Source of the DNA: Phycisphaerae bacterium
GTDB lineage: Bacteria > Planctomycetota > Phycisphaerae > JAAYCJ01
Direction of reading: 5' to 3'
NCBI GenBank assembly: GCA_012729815.1
Contig: JAAYCJ010000251.1
Location: 26,434-90,433, forward strand
DNA: 64,000 nt
Shown piece by piece: positions 36,921 through 46,986 of this stretch; positions within the stretch are counted from its first letter, which is position 1; every line of letters starts with the position of its first letter. The notes beneath the pieces are model-generated. The model did not search any database. It was not told where the DNA came from and saw only the letters and a list, made by a program, of their open reading frames with translations. A program made the position numbers and the translations under genes.

Positions 36921-37640
36921 ATGGCCACAAAACGACATGACGGACGCAAACCCGACCAGCTTCGCGACCTGCGCATCCTCCGCCGCTACACCCGCTACGC
37001 CGGCGGAAGCGTCCTGATCGCCACCGGCCAAACCCAGGTCCTCTGCACCGCCTTCGCCGAACCCGGCGTGCCTGCCTGGCTCGAAGGAGCCGGCAAGGGT
37101 TGGCTCACCGCTGAGTACGGCATGCTCCCCTCCAGCACGCCCCAGCGAAAGCGACGCCCCGAACGCACCGACGGCCGCGCCCAGGAAATCCAACGCCTCA
37201 TCGGCCGATCCCTCCGCGCCGTCCTCGACCTGGCCAGAATGCCCGACCTGACCATCGCCGTCGACTGCGACGTCCTCCAAGCCGACGGCGGAACCCGAAC
37301 CGCCGCCGTCACCGGGGCCTACGTCGCCCTCGTCGACGCCGTCCGCAACGCCCTCGAGCGCGGCCTGATCGCTCAGAACCCCATCACCGGAGCCGTCGCC
37401 GCCGTCTCCGCGGGCATCGTCGACGGCCGCATCCTCCTCGACCTCGACTACGTCGAAGACAGCTCAGCCGAGCTCGACTTCAACGTCGTCATGACCGATC
37501 GCGGCCAATTCGTCGAAGTCCAGGGAACCGCTGAGAAAGAACCCTTCGACCGCATCCAACTGGATACAATTCTCAAAACAGCCGGAAAAGGCATCCGCCG
37601 GCTCATCAAAGCCCAGAAAGACGCGCTGAAGGAGAAATGA
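36921..37640 (+). CDS. rph: Ribonuclease PH
   Basis: RPDGR-like start (HDGRKPDQLR). GGSVLIATGQTQVLCTA, TAEYGMLP, DCDVLQADGGTRTA motifs. GGAGG RBS. Confidence 0.9.
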   Translation: MATKRHDGRKPDQLRDLRILRRYTRYAGGSVLIATGQTQVLCTAFAEPGVPAWLEGAGKGWLTAEYGMLPSSTPQRKRRPERTDGRAQEIQRLIGRSLRAVLDLARMPDLTIAVDCDVLQADGGTRTAAVTGAYVALVDAVRNALERGLIAQNPITGAVAAVSAGIVDGRILLDLDYVEDSSAELDFNVVMTDRGQFVEVQGTAEKEPFDRIQLDTILKTAGKGIRRLIKAQKDALKEK

Positions 37641-38419
37641 TGCACACCCGACCAACCCGCTTCACCGTCGCCGTCCTCGCCCTGACCGCACTGGCGTCTC
37701 TTGCCGGTTGCCAGCAGCAACTGGGCCGCCAGGGCGACTGGCAGATCGTCCTCAAACGATTCGTCGGCCCCGACCGCACCCGCAGCGCCCAATGGTTCCA
37801 CGACTCCCTGAAGGTCTCACGCGGCATCGACCCCGCCAAAATCGCCGTCACCCACAGCGACGAGGTCACCCTCCTGACCTACGGCTCATACAACAACCCC
37901 CAGTCCCAGCAGGCTCAGAAAGACCTCGCCTTCATCAAGGGTCTCGGCGTCCGCGATCAGGGCTACCTCTTCCTCGACGCCCACCTCGAACCCATCCCCG
38001 AACCCGACCCGCCCATCCTCGCCTCCTGGCGGCTCATCAACAGCGGCGGCTACTGGACACTCGAAATCGCCCGCTTCGATGAACCCGGCCACAAAAAAGC
38101 CGCCGTCGAACTCGTCCAATACCTCCGAACCGAAAAGAAAACACCCGCCTACGTCTACCACGCCGCCAACCGAAGCCTCGTCACCGTCGGAGCCTTTCCC
38201 GAAGACGCCATCCAAGCCGGCGGCGGACGACGAGGACCCGTCATCGGCATGAAGCCCGTCGTCACCGACCCGGACCTTAAGCGCTGGCAAAACGAGTTTC
38301 CCTACCTGATCGTCAACGGAACCTATATCGATCTGAAGGCCCCAAAAGACGATAAGAAGGAAATCCGAATGCCCAGCAAAATCATGCGGGTCCCCGACCC
38401 GTCAGGGAGCAACTGGTAG
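37637..38419 (+). CDS. Hypothetical lipoprotein (lipobox LAGC). The ATGA start overlaps the rph stop.
   Basis: Signal peptide plus lipobox. No recognisable domain. Confidence 0.6.
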   Translation: MMHTRPTRFTVAVLALTALASLAGCQQQLGRQGDWQIVLKRFVGPDRTRSAQWFHDSLKVSRGIDPAKIAVTHSDEVTLLTYGSYNNPQSQQAQKDLAFIKGLGVRDQGYLFLDAHLEPIPEPDPPILASWRLINSGGYWTLEIARFDEPGHKKAAVELVQYLRTEKKTPAYVYHAANRSLVTVGAFPEDAIQAGGGRRGPVIGMKPVVTDPDLKRWQNEFPYLIVNGTYIDLKAPKDDKKEIRMPSKIMRVPDPSGSNW

Positions 38420-38449
38420 CCGTTTACTGTCAGCAAAGGAGGATGACGA

Positions 38450-39808
38450 ATGCCATTGATCATCAGCGTCTCCGGGATGCGCGGTTTCGTCGGGTCCGAT
38501 CTGGGCGCCCCCGAGGCGCTGAAAGTCGGCCGAATCTACGGCCGACTCGCCGCCAACGATGGCAAACCCTTCGTCGTCGCCAGTGACAGCCGAATCAGCA
38601 GCGACGCCCTCCGTTCCGCCGTCATCGCTGGGCTCCTCGCCGCTGGGGCCGACGTGATTGACATCGGCGTCGCCGCCACTCCGACCGCCTGCCTGACCGT
38701 CCGCCGGCACGCCGCCGCCGGTGGCGTCATCGTCACCGCGTCCCATAACCCCATTCAGTGGAACGGGATAAAACTCATCGGCCCCGACGCCCTCGCCGTC
38801 GACGCCCAGCGGGCCGAGCAGATCAAAACCGCCTTCCACCAGGACCCGCCCGAACACGCCTCCGCCACCGAATGCGGACGCCTCAAACGCGACGACCAGG
38901 CCCATCAAACCCACGTCCAAGCCGTCCTGGCCGCTTCGGACCCCAGGTTGATCGACGACCTGCGCTACCGCAAGGTCAAGGTCGTCCTCGACAGCATCAA
39001 CGGCGCCGGCGCCCACGCCGGAACCATGCTTCTTAATGCCCTTGGCTGCGAGGTTTGTGGCCTCAACGCCGAACCGACCGGCCGATTCGCCCATACCCCC
39101 GAACCCATCCCGGAAAACCTCACCAGCCTGTGTCAGGAAGTAACCCGTCAAGGCGCGCAGGTGGGTTTTGCCCAGGATCCCGACGCCGATCGTCTGGCTC
39201 TGGTCGATGAGACCGGCCGGTGCATCGGCGAGGAATACACGCTGGCCCTGGCGGCGTGGGCCGTGCTGGCCCATCGCGCAGGTCCTTTGGCGACAAACCT
39301 TTCCACGTCGCGCATGGTCGATGACGTGGCCCAATGGTTCGGCCAGAAGGTCATCCGCACCCCGGTCGGCGAGGCCCACGTCGCGCGGGCTGTGATGCAG
39401 AACAATTGCCCGGTCGGGGGCGAAGGCAACGGCGGGGTGATCGTGCCGGATGTGGTGCCGGTCCGCGATTCGCTTTCGGCGATGGCTTTGGTGTTGCAGC
39501 TTATGGTCAGCCGGAGCAAGACGATTTCACAGCTCGTGTCCGAACTCCCGAAATACCAGATGGTTAAGGCGAAGTTCGAGTGCTCGCGGGAGAAGGCGGC
39601 CCAGGTGTGCCAGAGGTTAGTACAGAAATACGCCGATCAGAAGATCGACACCGCCGACGGCGTCCGGATCGACTTTCCGGATGAACGGGCGTGGGTCCAC
39701 ATCCGTCCCAGCAACACCGAGCCGATCATCCGGATCATCGCGGAGGCCCGCGATCAGGCCCGCGCCGACGAGCTGGTTGACATGCTGGCGGCGGAGACGG
39801 GCCGGTGA
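38450..39808 (+). CDS. glmM: Alpha-D-phosphohexomutase (phosphoglucosamine mutase / phosphomannomutase family)
   Basis: Active-site TASHNP. Metal-binding DPDADR. Sugar-binding GEEY-like motif (CIGEEYTLAL). Confidence 0.8.
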   Translation: MPLIISVSGMRGFVGSDLGAPEALKVGRIYGRLAANDGKPFVVASDSRISSDALRSAVIAGLLAAGADVIDIGVAATPTACLTVRRHAAAGGVIVTASHNPIQWNGIKLIGPDALAVDAQRAEQIKTAFHQDPPEHASATECGRLKRDDQAHQTHVQAVLAASDPRLIDDLRYRKVKVVLDSINGAGAHAGTMLLNALGCEVCGLNAEPTGRFAHTPEPIPENLTSLCQEVTRQGAQVGFAQDPDADRLALVDETGRCIGEEYTLALAAWAVLAHRAGPLATNLSTSRMVDDVAQWFGQKVIRTPVGEAHVARAVMQNNCPVGGEGNGGVIVPDVVPVRDSLSAMALVLQLMVSRSKTISQLVSELPKYQMVKAKFECSREKAAQVCQRLVQKYADQKIDTADGVRIDFPDERAWVHIRPSNTEPIIRIIAEARDQARADELVDMLAAETGR

Positions 39809-39926
39809 TTGTAATTTGTCATACAACCATATCATCATACAAATCACGCCAATCGGGCGGTGGACGAACCGCATCGATTCTGTTAAACTAAACTGATAAA
39901 GGCCAAACCACCGAGGAGACAGTACC

Positions 39927-40280
39927 ATGTCGGACGGAATAAAACCCGAGATCAATTTCGAGCAATTTGCCGCCATTGACCTCCGCGTCGCGAAGGTCGT
40001 TGAGGCATCGGAACACCCGAATGCAGATAAACTGATGGTTCTGAAGCTGGACTTGGGCGAGTTGGGCGAGCGTCAGATCGTCGCCGGGATCAAGCAGTAC
40101 TATCGGCCGGAGGAGCTGGTGGGCAAGCTGATCGCGGTGGTGGCGAATCTGGCGCCGCGGACGATGCGCGGCGTTGAGAGTCGGGGCATGTTGCTGGCTG
40201 GGGTGGAAGGGGAACCGACGACGAACGTGGTGGTGATGAGTTTGGATCGTCCGGTAGCGCCGGGTTCGCGGATCAGTTAG
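39927..40280 (+). CDS. csaA: tRNA-binding protein (CsaA/Trbp111, EMAP-like OB fold)
   Basis: IDLRVAKVVEASEHPNADKLMVLKLDLGE...RQIVAGI is the canonical tRNA_bind domain. Confidence 0.8.
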   Translation: MSDGIKPEINFEQFAAIDLRVAKVVEASEHPNADKLMVLKLDLGELGERQIVAGIKQYYRPEELVGKLIAVVANLAPRTMRGVESRGMLLAGVEGEPTTNVVVMSLDRPVAPGSRIS

Positions 40281-40340
40281 GGTTCGGCCGGCGTAGAATA
40301 TACAGACGAGGCCCAAGTCGTTTTTGGGAGCAGGCACGGC

Positions 40341-42323
40341 ATGAATCGCGGTTTGTATCTCGCAGCGGTCGCGTTGGTTGGTGCGGTCTGGTGTATCGGC
40401 GGCTGCGAGAATCCGTATCTGTACACGGGCATTCAGAAGGAGCAGGTGGCGGCGCTGACGGTGAGTCCGGCGGGCGGGACGGTATTTACGGATCAGGTTG
40501 AGGTGGTGCTGGCGACGCAGACGGAAGGTGCGAGGATCCGGTACACGACGGACGGGGTGACGATGCCGGGTCCGGACAGCGCCGTGTACGACGAGCCGAT
40601 CGTTTTGACGGAGACGACGACGATCATCGCCCGCGGGTACAAGGACGAGTTGATGCCGACGCCGGCGGTGACGCTCAAGTACATCCGCGAGGCGGTCGGC
40701 CAGGCGGCGGCGCCGACGTTCAGTCCGGAAGCGAGGGGATTCGGCGACACGCTTGAGGTGACGCTATCGACGGCGACGGCAGGGGCGACGATTTACTACA
40801 CGACGGACGGGAGCACGCCGGACGCCGATTCCGAGGAGTACGATTCGGCGATCCTGCTGAACGCGACGACGACGATCTCGGCGATCGCGATGTTGGACGG
40901 GATGAGCGACAGCGAGGTGGCGACGGCGACGTACACGCTGAACGAACTGGACGACGTGGCGGATCCGACGTTCGATCCGGCGGGCGGGCCGTTCCGCGAG
41001 TCCGTGTCGGTGGCGCTTGGGTGCGCGACCGACGGCGCGGCGATCCGCTACACGCTTGACGGGAGCGATCCGAACGCGAGCAGCGCGGAGTACGCGGAGG
41101 CGATCGAGCTGACGGCGACGACGACGATCAAGGCGGCGGCGTTCAAGGACGGGATGAACCCCAGCGATATTGTTTCGCAGACGTATACGCGCAACGACAT
41201 CGAGCAGGCAGAGACGCCGGAGATCACGCCGGTCTTGACGGATTTCACCGACACGGTGGAGGTGACGATGTCGGTGGAGACGCTGGATACGGTGATCCGG
41301 TACACGCTGGACGGGTCGGATCCGGGCGAGGCGAGCACGGAGTACACGGCGCCGATCACGCTGAGCGCCACGACGACGATCAAGGCGCGGGCGTTTTTGG
41401 AGGGGGCGGATCCGAGCGAGGTGGCGAGCCGGACGTATACGAAGCTGGCGATACCGGAGTACGAGTTCGTGCTGACGTGGGGCAGCCGCGGAGAGGGGCT
41501 TGAGCCGGCGGACGGGGAGTTCGGGATTATCGAGGACGTGACGCTGGGCCCGGACGAGGACGAGATCTACGTAACCGACGCGCTGACCAGCCGCATCCAG
41601 GTTTTCGACCCGCAAGGGACGTTCCTGCGGAAGTGGGGGGCGGTTGGCGAGGGACCTGGGCAGTTCGTAACCGCGTGGGGCATTGCGGTGGATTCGACCA
41701 GCCAGGTTTACGTGGCGGACGGCGGCAACAAGCGTGTTCAGAAGTTCAGTTCGACCGGGTCGTTTCTGGACCAGTGGCGCGAGTTTGGCGGCGATCCGGG
41801 GGTGTTCGCCACGCCGACGGGGGTGGACATCGATTCGGAAGGGAACATTTACGTCGCCGACCAGGGCGGCATGATTCACAAGTTTGACAGCCAGATGCAG
41901 TTTGTGACGCAATGGGGCGGCAAGGGGGCGGCTGAGGGCGAGTTCGATATGCCGGGCAACATGGCGTTCGATTCGGCGGGCAACGTGTACGTTCCGGACC
42001 GGAATAACCACCGCGTTCAGAAGTTCAGCAGCGACGGGGAGTTTCTGGCGGCGTGGGGTACGGAGGGTTCGGCGGCGGAGCAGTTCAATGAGCCATCGGC
42101 GGCGGCTGTCGACTCGGAGGGGCGGGTCTACGTGGTGGACTCGAAGAACCACCGGGTTCAGGTTTTCGCGGCGAGCGGCGTTTACCTGACGTCATTTGGG
42201 ACCGAAGGGGATGGCGACGGTGAATTCGACGATCCTGAGAGCATCGCGATCGACTCGGACGACATCCTCTACATCACCGACAGCGGGAATGCGCGGGTGC
42301 AGAAGTTCCGCGTGGCGCGTTAG
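40341..42323 (+). CDS. Lipoprotein with five chitobiase/hexosaminidase-C-like (CHB_HEX_C) repeats followed by an NHL-repeat beta-propeller
   Basis: Lipobox IGGC. Five repeats of IRYTTDGS.P...S..Y..PI.L..TTTIKA.A. Six YVAD..N.RVQKF-type NHL blades. Confidence 0.75.
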   Translation: MNRGLYLAAVALVGAVWCIGGCENPYLYTGIQKEQVAALTVSPAGGTVFTDQVEVVLATQTEGARIRYTTDGVTMPGPDSAVYDEPIVLTETTTIIARGYKDELMPTPAVTLKYIREAVGQAAAPTFSPEARGFGDTLEVTLSTATAGATIYYTTDGSTPDADSEEYDSAILLNATTTISAIAMLDGMSDSEVATATYTLNELDDVADPTFDPAGGPFRESVSVALGCATDGAAIRYTLDGSDPNASSAEYAEAIELTATTTIKAAAFKDGMNPSDIVSQTYTRNDIEQAETPEITPVLTDFTDTVEVTMSVETLDTVIRYTLDGSDPGEASTEYTAPITLSATTTIKARAFLEGADPSEVASRTYTKLAIPEYEFVLTWGSRGEGLEPADGEFGIIEDVTLGPDEDEIYVTDALTSRIQVFDPQGTFLRKWGAVGEGPGQFVTAWGIAVDSTSQVYVADGGNKRVQKFSSTGSFLDQWREFGGDPGVFATPTGVDIDSEGNIYVADQGGMIHKFDSQMQFVTQWGGKGAAEGEFDMPGNMAFDSAGNVYVPDRNNHRVQKFSSDGEFLAAWGTEGSAAEQFNEPSAAAVDSEGRVYVVDSKNHRVQVFAASGVYLTSFGTEGDGDGEFDDPESIAIDSDDILYITDSGNARVQKFRVAR

Positions 42324-43261
42324 TCGACGTCGGAGAGGGTTCCGTCGCCGGAGGCGTGGGGTGGTTTTTCGATTTCGGTGATCATCTGTCCGCGTCGCCA
42401 GACTCGCACGGTGCCGGTGGACTGGCTGACGGTGACGGCGATGCAGTGGGTGGAGGCGGTGATTCCGGCGGCGGCGGCGTGTCTCGCGGCGAGGCCCTGT
42501 TGGAGCGGGGAGCCGGTTTTGAGGCCCTTGAGGTAGGTTCCTGCGGAGATAATGACTCCATTGCCCTTGAGGATGAAGGCGCCGTCGAGGGTGGCGTAGC
42601 TTTTGACGGTTTCGCGGACATTCTCGTCGAGGACGTTGCGTTCGGCTTCGAGGTATCCCTTGAAGGGGTTGAGGATGATCTGCTGGCAGTATTCATCGAC
42701 GTTGTGATGGTCGCCGAGGACGAAGAGGGCGCCGACGGCTTTGCCTTCGCGTCCCTCGGCTGCGAGTTCGAGGGCGATTCGGAGGACGCGTTCGAAGACG
42801 GCTCGTTTGATGTGTTCGGTGAGTCGTGGCTGATCGACGGTCTGGAACATTTCCCACTCGTCTCCGACGCTCATAACGACGATGGTGTCGAGGCGTCGGT
42901 GTGCGGGTCCGGCGAGGAAGACGAGTTGATCGCCGGTTTCGAGGAGTCGCTGGCTGAAGGCGATGAGGGTGGCGGTTTTGATCTGTCCCATTCGGGTGAG
43001 GGTGACGGGCGGGACGGTGATGCTGTGGAATCCGAGGGCGGAGGCGACCTGGGCTCCGGTGCGGTCTCGGACGACGAGGATGAGGTCGGCTTGGCCCGCG
43101 TCGAGGTTTCTGAGGGCGTCGACGTCGACGACGGCGTCGAGGTAGGCGAGCAGAGCTCGGGCGTGGAGGGACCTGGCGACGTCGGCGGCTGCGCGAAGCA
43201 TTTCCGCGGCGACCTGCCGGTCGGAGTCCCTATTGGCGTCGGGTTCGTTCATCCGATGCAC
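42320..43261 (-). CDS. DacZ-type diadenylate cyclase homolog (N-terminal pyruvate-kinase-C-like domain + C-terminal DAC domain); catalytic motifs partly degenerate
   Basis: DAC signatures are DGAFILKGNG, GLAARHAAAAGIT (cf. GTRHRAA) and VSQSTGTVRV (cf. VSEETGxIS). The N-terminal alpha/beta region is collinear with PK_C-like domains. Confidence 0.65.
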   Translation of the reverse strand: MHRMNEPDANRDSDRQVAAEMLRAAADVARSLHARALLAYLDAVVDVDALRNLDAGQADLILVVRDRTGAQVASALGFHSITVPPVTLTRMGQIKTATLIAFSQRLLETGDQLVFLAGPAHRRLDTIVVMSVGDEWEMFQTVDQPRLTEHIKRAVFERVLRIALELAAEGREGKAVGALFVLGDHHNVDEYCQQIILNPFKGYLEAERNVLDENVRETVKSYATLDGAFILKGNGVIISAGTYLKGLKTGSPLQQGLAARHAAAAGITASTHCIAVTVSQSTGTVRVWRRGQMITEIEKPPHASGDGTLSDVD

Positions 43262-43577
43262 TCCGATGGGGTTATGTCGGTCAGACCCCGGTCAATTGTA
43301 ACCGCGGCGTGGCGGTGACGCCAGTTCTGGTCGTGTCGGAGGTGTTCTTTGAAGATTGTACGGAGGGCGCGGAGGACGCGGAAAGAGAAGAACGGGAGAA
43401 TGGACGTGCCGAATAACAGAATGTCGGAAGGGTTTGGCGGCTGGTGGGAGGGGTGGAGGGGACGGGAGATGGTGCGTCGCGATGACGCACTCCACGCGAT
43501 TTTGCGGGAATGACACATAATGAGACGGTCTGCGATCATGGCCCGAATGATGCGGTCGCGGGTCGTGCGAGGGGGGG

Positions 43578-44993
43578 TTAGAAGGGGGCGTCTCCGGCGC
43601 CGGGCGGGACGTAGCCTTCGGCTTCGGAGATGGCGATGTGGGCGAGGTTGTTGAATCGGGTGAATTTTTTGGCGAACTGTAGCTGGACGGAGCCGACGGG
43701 GCCGTTACGCTGTTTGGCGATGATGATTTCGGCGATTCCCATGGAGTCGTCGGTAACCTCGCTGCCGGTGTCGCGGTAGTAGTCTTCGCGGTGGAGGAGG
43801 ACGATGAGGTCGGCTTCCTGTTCGATGCTGCCGCTTTCGCGGAGGTCGCTCATTCGGGGCCGGTGGCTTTCGCGGCCCTCGACGCCGCGGTTGAGCTGGG
43901 CGAGAGCGACGACGGGGACGTTGAGTTCGCGGGCGAGGGCCTTGAGGCCGCGTGAGACCATGCCGATTTCCTGCTGTCGGGATTCGGCTCCGGGCGAGCT
44001 CATGAGCTGGAGGTAGTCGACGAAGACGATCTCGACGTCCTCGCGCAGCTTGAGGAGTCGCGACTTGGCCCGCATTTCGAGGACGCTCATCCCGGGCGTG
44101 TCGTCGATGAAGAGTGGGGAGTCGCGGAGGACGTCGCAGGCGGTGTGGAGTTTGGCGATTTCCTGGTCGTTGAGCATGCCGCGTCGCATGCGGTGGGAGT
44201 CGACCTGAGCGCGCGCGCAGAGCATACGCTGGACGACCTGCTGCTTGGACATTTCGAGGGAGAAGAAGACGGAGGGTTTTCCTTCGACGGCGGCGACGTG
44301 CTCGGCGACGTTGAGTCCGAAGGCGGTCTTGCCCATGGAGGGGCGTGCGGCGATGATGATCAGCTCGCCCTTCTGGAAGCCGCTGGTCAGGTCGTCGAGT
44401 TCGGTGAAGCCGGTGGCCAGACCGGTGAGTCCACCGTCGCGTTCCTCGAGCTGTTTGAAGGTTTCGTCGAGGAACTGCTGGAGGTGTTCGGGACCGGAAC
44501 TGATCCGGTCCTGGGTGATGTCGAAGATTCGTTTTTCGGCGTTGTCGAGGAGTTCCTGAGTGGCGAGGGCGTCGGTGTAGGTTTCCTGGAGGGTGTCGTT
44601 GCAGGCCTGGATGAGGCGGCGGAGCATGAAGGTGTCGCGGACGATTTTGCCGTAGTATTCGACGTTGGCGGCGGAGGGGACGGAGGAGAGGAGCTGGGCG
44701 ATGAACTGTGGTCCTCCGACCTGGTCGAGGGCGCCCATGCGTTTGAGTTCGCGTCGTAGGACGACGGGGTCGGACGGCTGGCCCTCCTGATAGAGACTGA
44801 CCAGAGCCCGGAAGATGATCCGGTGCTCTGGTCTGAAAAAGCAGTCTTCCTTGAGGATGGGGATGACCAGACCGACCGCTTCCTTGGCCAGCATCATGGC
44901 CCCGAGGACGCTCATTTCAGCGCTGAGCGAATGGGGGACCTGACGGTCGGCCAGGGGTCCGATCTGGTCGCTATTGGTCGGATTCTTCGGCAT
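43578..44993 (-). CDS. dnaB: Replicative DNA helicase DnaB
   Basis: Walker A GARPSMGKTAF, SLEMS, H4 motif ALAQLNR, arginine finger region. Start ATG at 44993; the longer ORF upstream is Arg/Pro-rich and rejected. Confidence 0.9.
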   Translation of the reverse strand: MPKNPTNSDQIGPLADRQVPHSLSAEMSVLGAMMLAKEAVGLVIPILKEDCFFRPEHRIIFRALVSLYQEGQPSDPVVLRRELKRMGALDQVGGPQFIAQLLSSVPSAANVEYYGKIVRDTFMLRRLIQACNDTLQETYTDALATQELLDNAEKRIFDITQDRISSGPEHLQQFLDETFKQLEERDGGLTGLATGFTELDDLTSGFQKGELIIIAARPSMGKTAFGLNVAEHVAAVEGKPSVFFSLEMSKQQVVQRMLCARAQVDSHRMRRGMLNDQEIAKLHTACDVLRDSPLFIDDTPGMSVLEMRAKSRLLKLREDVEIVFVDYLQLMSSPGAESRQQEIGMVSRGLKALARELNVPVVALAQLNRGVEGRESHRPRMSDLRESGSIEQEADLIVLLHREDYYRDTGSEVTDDSMGIAEIIIAKQRNGPVGSVQLQFAKKFTRFNNLAHIAISEAEGYVPPGAGDAPF

Positions 44994-45495
44994 GGCTCTC
45001 CGGAGACGATTCGGCTGATTCGCCGGTCTGCTCGCCTTCTTCCTCGGTCTTTTCCGGAGCCACCCAGACGACGACGTTGGCTTCGACGTTTTCGGCCAGC
45101 CGCACGAGAACGGTGTACTTATCGACGACCTTGAGGTGCTCGTCGAGCCGGATGCTCCGTTCGTCGATAGTATACCCTTCGGAGGCGATGGCGTCAGCAA
45201 TTTCTTTGGGTCCGACGGAGCCGAAGAGGTGGCCCTGCTCGTTGGCGCGGGAGACGATGGTGACTTCGAGGCCTTCGAGTTTCTCGGCGAGGGCCTTCTT
45301 TTCGGCCAGTTCCTTAGCGCGTCGGGCCTCGGCTTCCTTCTTGGCCTGTTCGATGCTCCTGAGATTGGCGGGGGTGGGCTCCATGGCCAGGCCCTGCGGG
45401 ATGAGGTAGTTGCGGGCGTATCCTTCCTTGACCTCGACCACGTCGCCGACGTAACCGAGGGAGGGAACGTCCGTACGAAGCAACAGCTTACGCAT
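44971..45495 (-). CDS. rplI: 50S ribosomal protein L9
   Basis: MRKLLLRTDVPSLGYVGDVVEVKEGYARNYLIPQGLA is a canonical L9 N-domain. Confidence 0.9.
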   Translation of the reverse strand: MRKLLLRTDVPSLGYVGDVVEVKEGYARNYLIPQGLAMEPTPANLRSIEQAKKEAEARRAKELAEKKALAEKLEGLEVTIVSRANEQGHLFGSVGPKEIADAIASEGYTIDERSIRLDEHLKVVDKYTVLVRLAENVEANVVVWVAPEKTEEEGEQTGESAESSPESHAEESDQ

Positions 45496-45565
45496 GTTAG
45501 TACTCCTGTGAATAATCTTGTATCATCCGGTTCTGCCGTCCGGTCGGGTTGCGGTATGGTCGGCG

Positions 45566-45799
45566 TCAGCTTCCGACGTAGCCCATAAGGGCGAGGAACC
45601 GCGCCCGCTTGACCGCCTGGGCGACCTGCCGCTGGTGCTTGGCGCAGTTGCCGGAGCGTTTGCGGCTGTAAAGTTTGCCCTGGTTGGTGACGAGCTTCTG
45701 TAGGATGTGGACATCCTTGTAGTCGATCTGCGCGGTCTTGTCGCGGCAGAAGCGGCACTTGACGATCTCTCTGAACTTGCTTTTCCTATCTCTTGCCAT
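45566..45799 (-). CDS. rpsR: 30S ribosomal protein S18
   Basis: CRFC...IDYKD...LQKLVTNQGKL..RK..G.CAKHQR is the S18 signature. Confidence 0.9.
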   Translation of the reverse strand: MARDRKSKFREIVKCRFCRDKTAQIDYKDVHILQKLVTNQGKLYSRKRSGNCAKHQRQVAQAVKRARFLALMGYVGS

Positions 45800-45880
45800 G
45801 GTAATCTCCGATCAGGATGTTTTATTCATACCTTTATGGTCATCGCCGGTGCGCCGGTCACGAGACGTCGGCTTCGGCGG

Positions 45881-46387
45881 TCAAAACGGAATGTCATCCT
45901 CCGACGGTGGACGATTGGCGTCGTCCTGGTCGCCGTAGGGGGCCTGTGGTTCGTCCTTTGGGGGCCGTGCCGGCTGGGACGGCGCGGGACGTCGGGATTG
46001 TCGCGGCGGGGCCTGGGACTCCTCGCCGTAGGCGGGGGAGTCGCCCTGGGCTGCGCCTGGAGCTCCGACGAACTGGAAGTTCTCGACGACCACGATGTGC
46101 TTGCTGCGTTTGCTGCCGTCCTGGGCCTGCCACTGCTGGAACTGGAGTCGGCCCTCGACGAGGATGGGCTTGCCCTTGTTCATGTAGTGGTTGATGACCT
46201 CGGCCTGTTTGCCGAAGGCGCGGCAGTCGACGAAGCAGGTGTCTTCGCGGCGTTGTCCGTCCTGTCCGGTCCAGTTTCGGTTGACGGCGAGGCCGAAATC
46301 CACGACGGGCGTCTGCGAGGGCAGATAGCTCAGTTGCGGATCGCGGGTCAGGTTGCCCATCAGGATCACTTTATTGAAATTTGCCAT
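45881..46387 (-). CDS. ssb: Single-stranded DNA-binding protein (C-terminal DDIPF tail)
   Basis: MANFNKVILMGNLTRDPQL OB-fold start and acidic DDIPF terminus. GGGAGG RBS upstream of the ATG at 46387. Confidence 0.9.
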   Translation of the reverse strand: MANFNKVILMGNLTRDPQLSYLPSQTPVVDFGLAVNRNWTGQDGQRREDTCFVDCRAFGKQAEVINHYMNKGKPILVEGRLQFQQWQAQDGSKRSKHIVVVENFQFVGAPGAAQGDSPAYGEESQAPPRQSRRPAPSQPARPPKDEPQAPYGDQDDANRPPSEDDIPF

Positions 46388-46440
46388 GATATCCTCCCAT
46401 TGGCCCAACCGTTAGCGGGGCCACAGGCGTTCGCGGGCCG

Positions 46441-46953
46441 CTACTCGTTGGTTTCAGCGGGGGCCTGCTCCTGGGCTTCCGACCTCCGGAAGGAGGGTCT
46501 TTCGTCGCGCCGATCATCGCGTCGATCGTCACGGCGATCGTCGCGTCGCGGGCCGTAGGGTCGGCGACGGCGGTCGCCATCGTCTTCCTCGCCGAAGGCG
46601 GGCAGCCGGATGGCCTGGAGGCCCGGGCCGGCGGCCAGTTCGGCGATCTGCTCTTCGGTGAGTTGCTCCTGGCGGGTGATCAGGGCGCGGACGAGGCCTT
46701 CGGAGAGTCGCACGTCGCGTTCCATGCCTTCGATCTGGGTTGGTGAGGCCTTGAAGAAGGCCAGGACGTAGACGCCGCGTTTTCGGCCCTTGATTTCGTA
46801 GGCCAGGCGGCGGTCGTCCCATTTTTTGCAGTAGAGCATCTCGGCTGAGGCGCGGTCCATGATCCGCTTGATTTCCTGTTCGAGTTGCTCCCACTCGGCG
46901 GCCAGTTTGGTGTCCGCCAGAAACATACCTTCGTAAAGCCGTTTAACTTCCAA
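46441..46953 (-). CDS. rpsF: 30S ribosomal protein S6 with C-terminal (D-R-R)n low-complexity extension
   Basis: YEGMFLADTKL...WDDRRLAYEIKG S6 core, then RDDRRDDRRDDRRDE repeats. Confidence 0.85.
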   Translation of the reverse strand: MEVKRLYEGMFLADTKLAAEWEQLEQEIKRIMDRASAEMLYCKKWDDRRLAYEIKGRKRGVYVLAFFKASPTQIEGMERDVRLSEGLVRALITRQEQLTEEQIAELAAGPGLQAIRLPAFGEEDDGDRRRRPYGPRRDDRRDDRRDDRRDERPSFRRSEAQEQAPAETNE

Positions 46954-46986
46954 GACTCAGTCTCCTTAAAATGGCTGTTTTGCGTG

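Noticed and set aside
42320-42330. Possible antitoxin/toxin small-ORF pairs in convergent gaps
   Set aside because: No small ORF pairs with plausible RBS and TA-like motifs were found.
44994-45758. N-terminal 255-codon extension of the dnaB ORF
   Set aside because: Pro/Arg/Ser-rich. It overlaps rplI/rpsR coding on the same strand in another frame. DnaB homology starts at the ATG at 44993.
46441-46560. (DRR)n repeats at the S6 C-terminus as a separate feature or CRISPR-like DNA repeat
   Set aside because: They are in-frame codon repeats (GAC CGC CGC) inside rpsF. This is a low-complexity protein tail, not a DNA repeat array.
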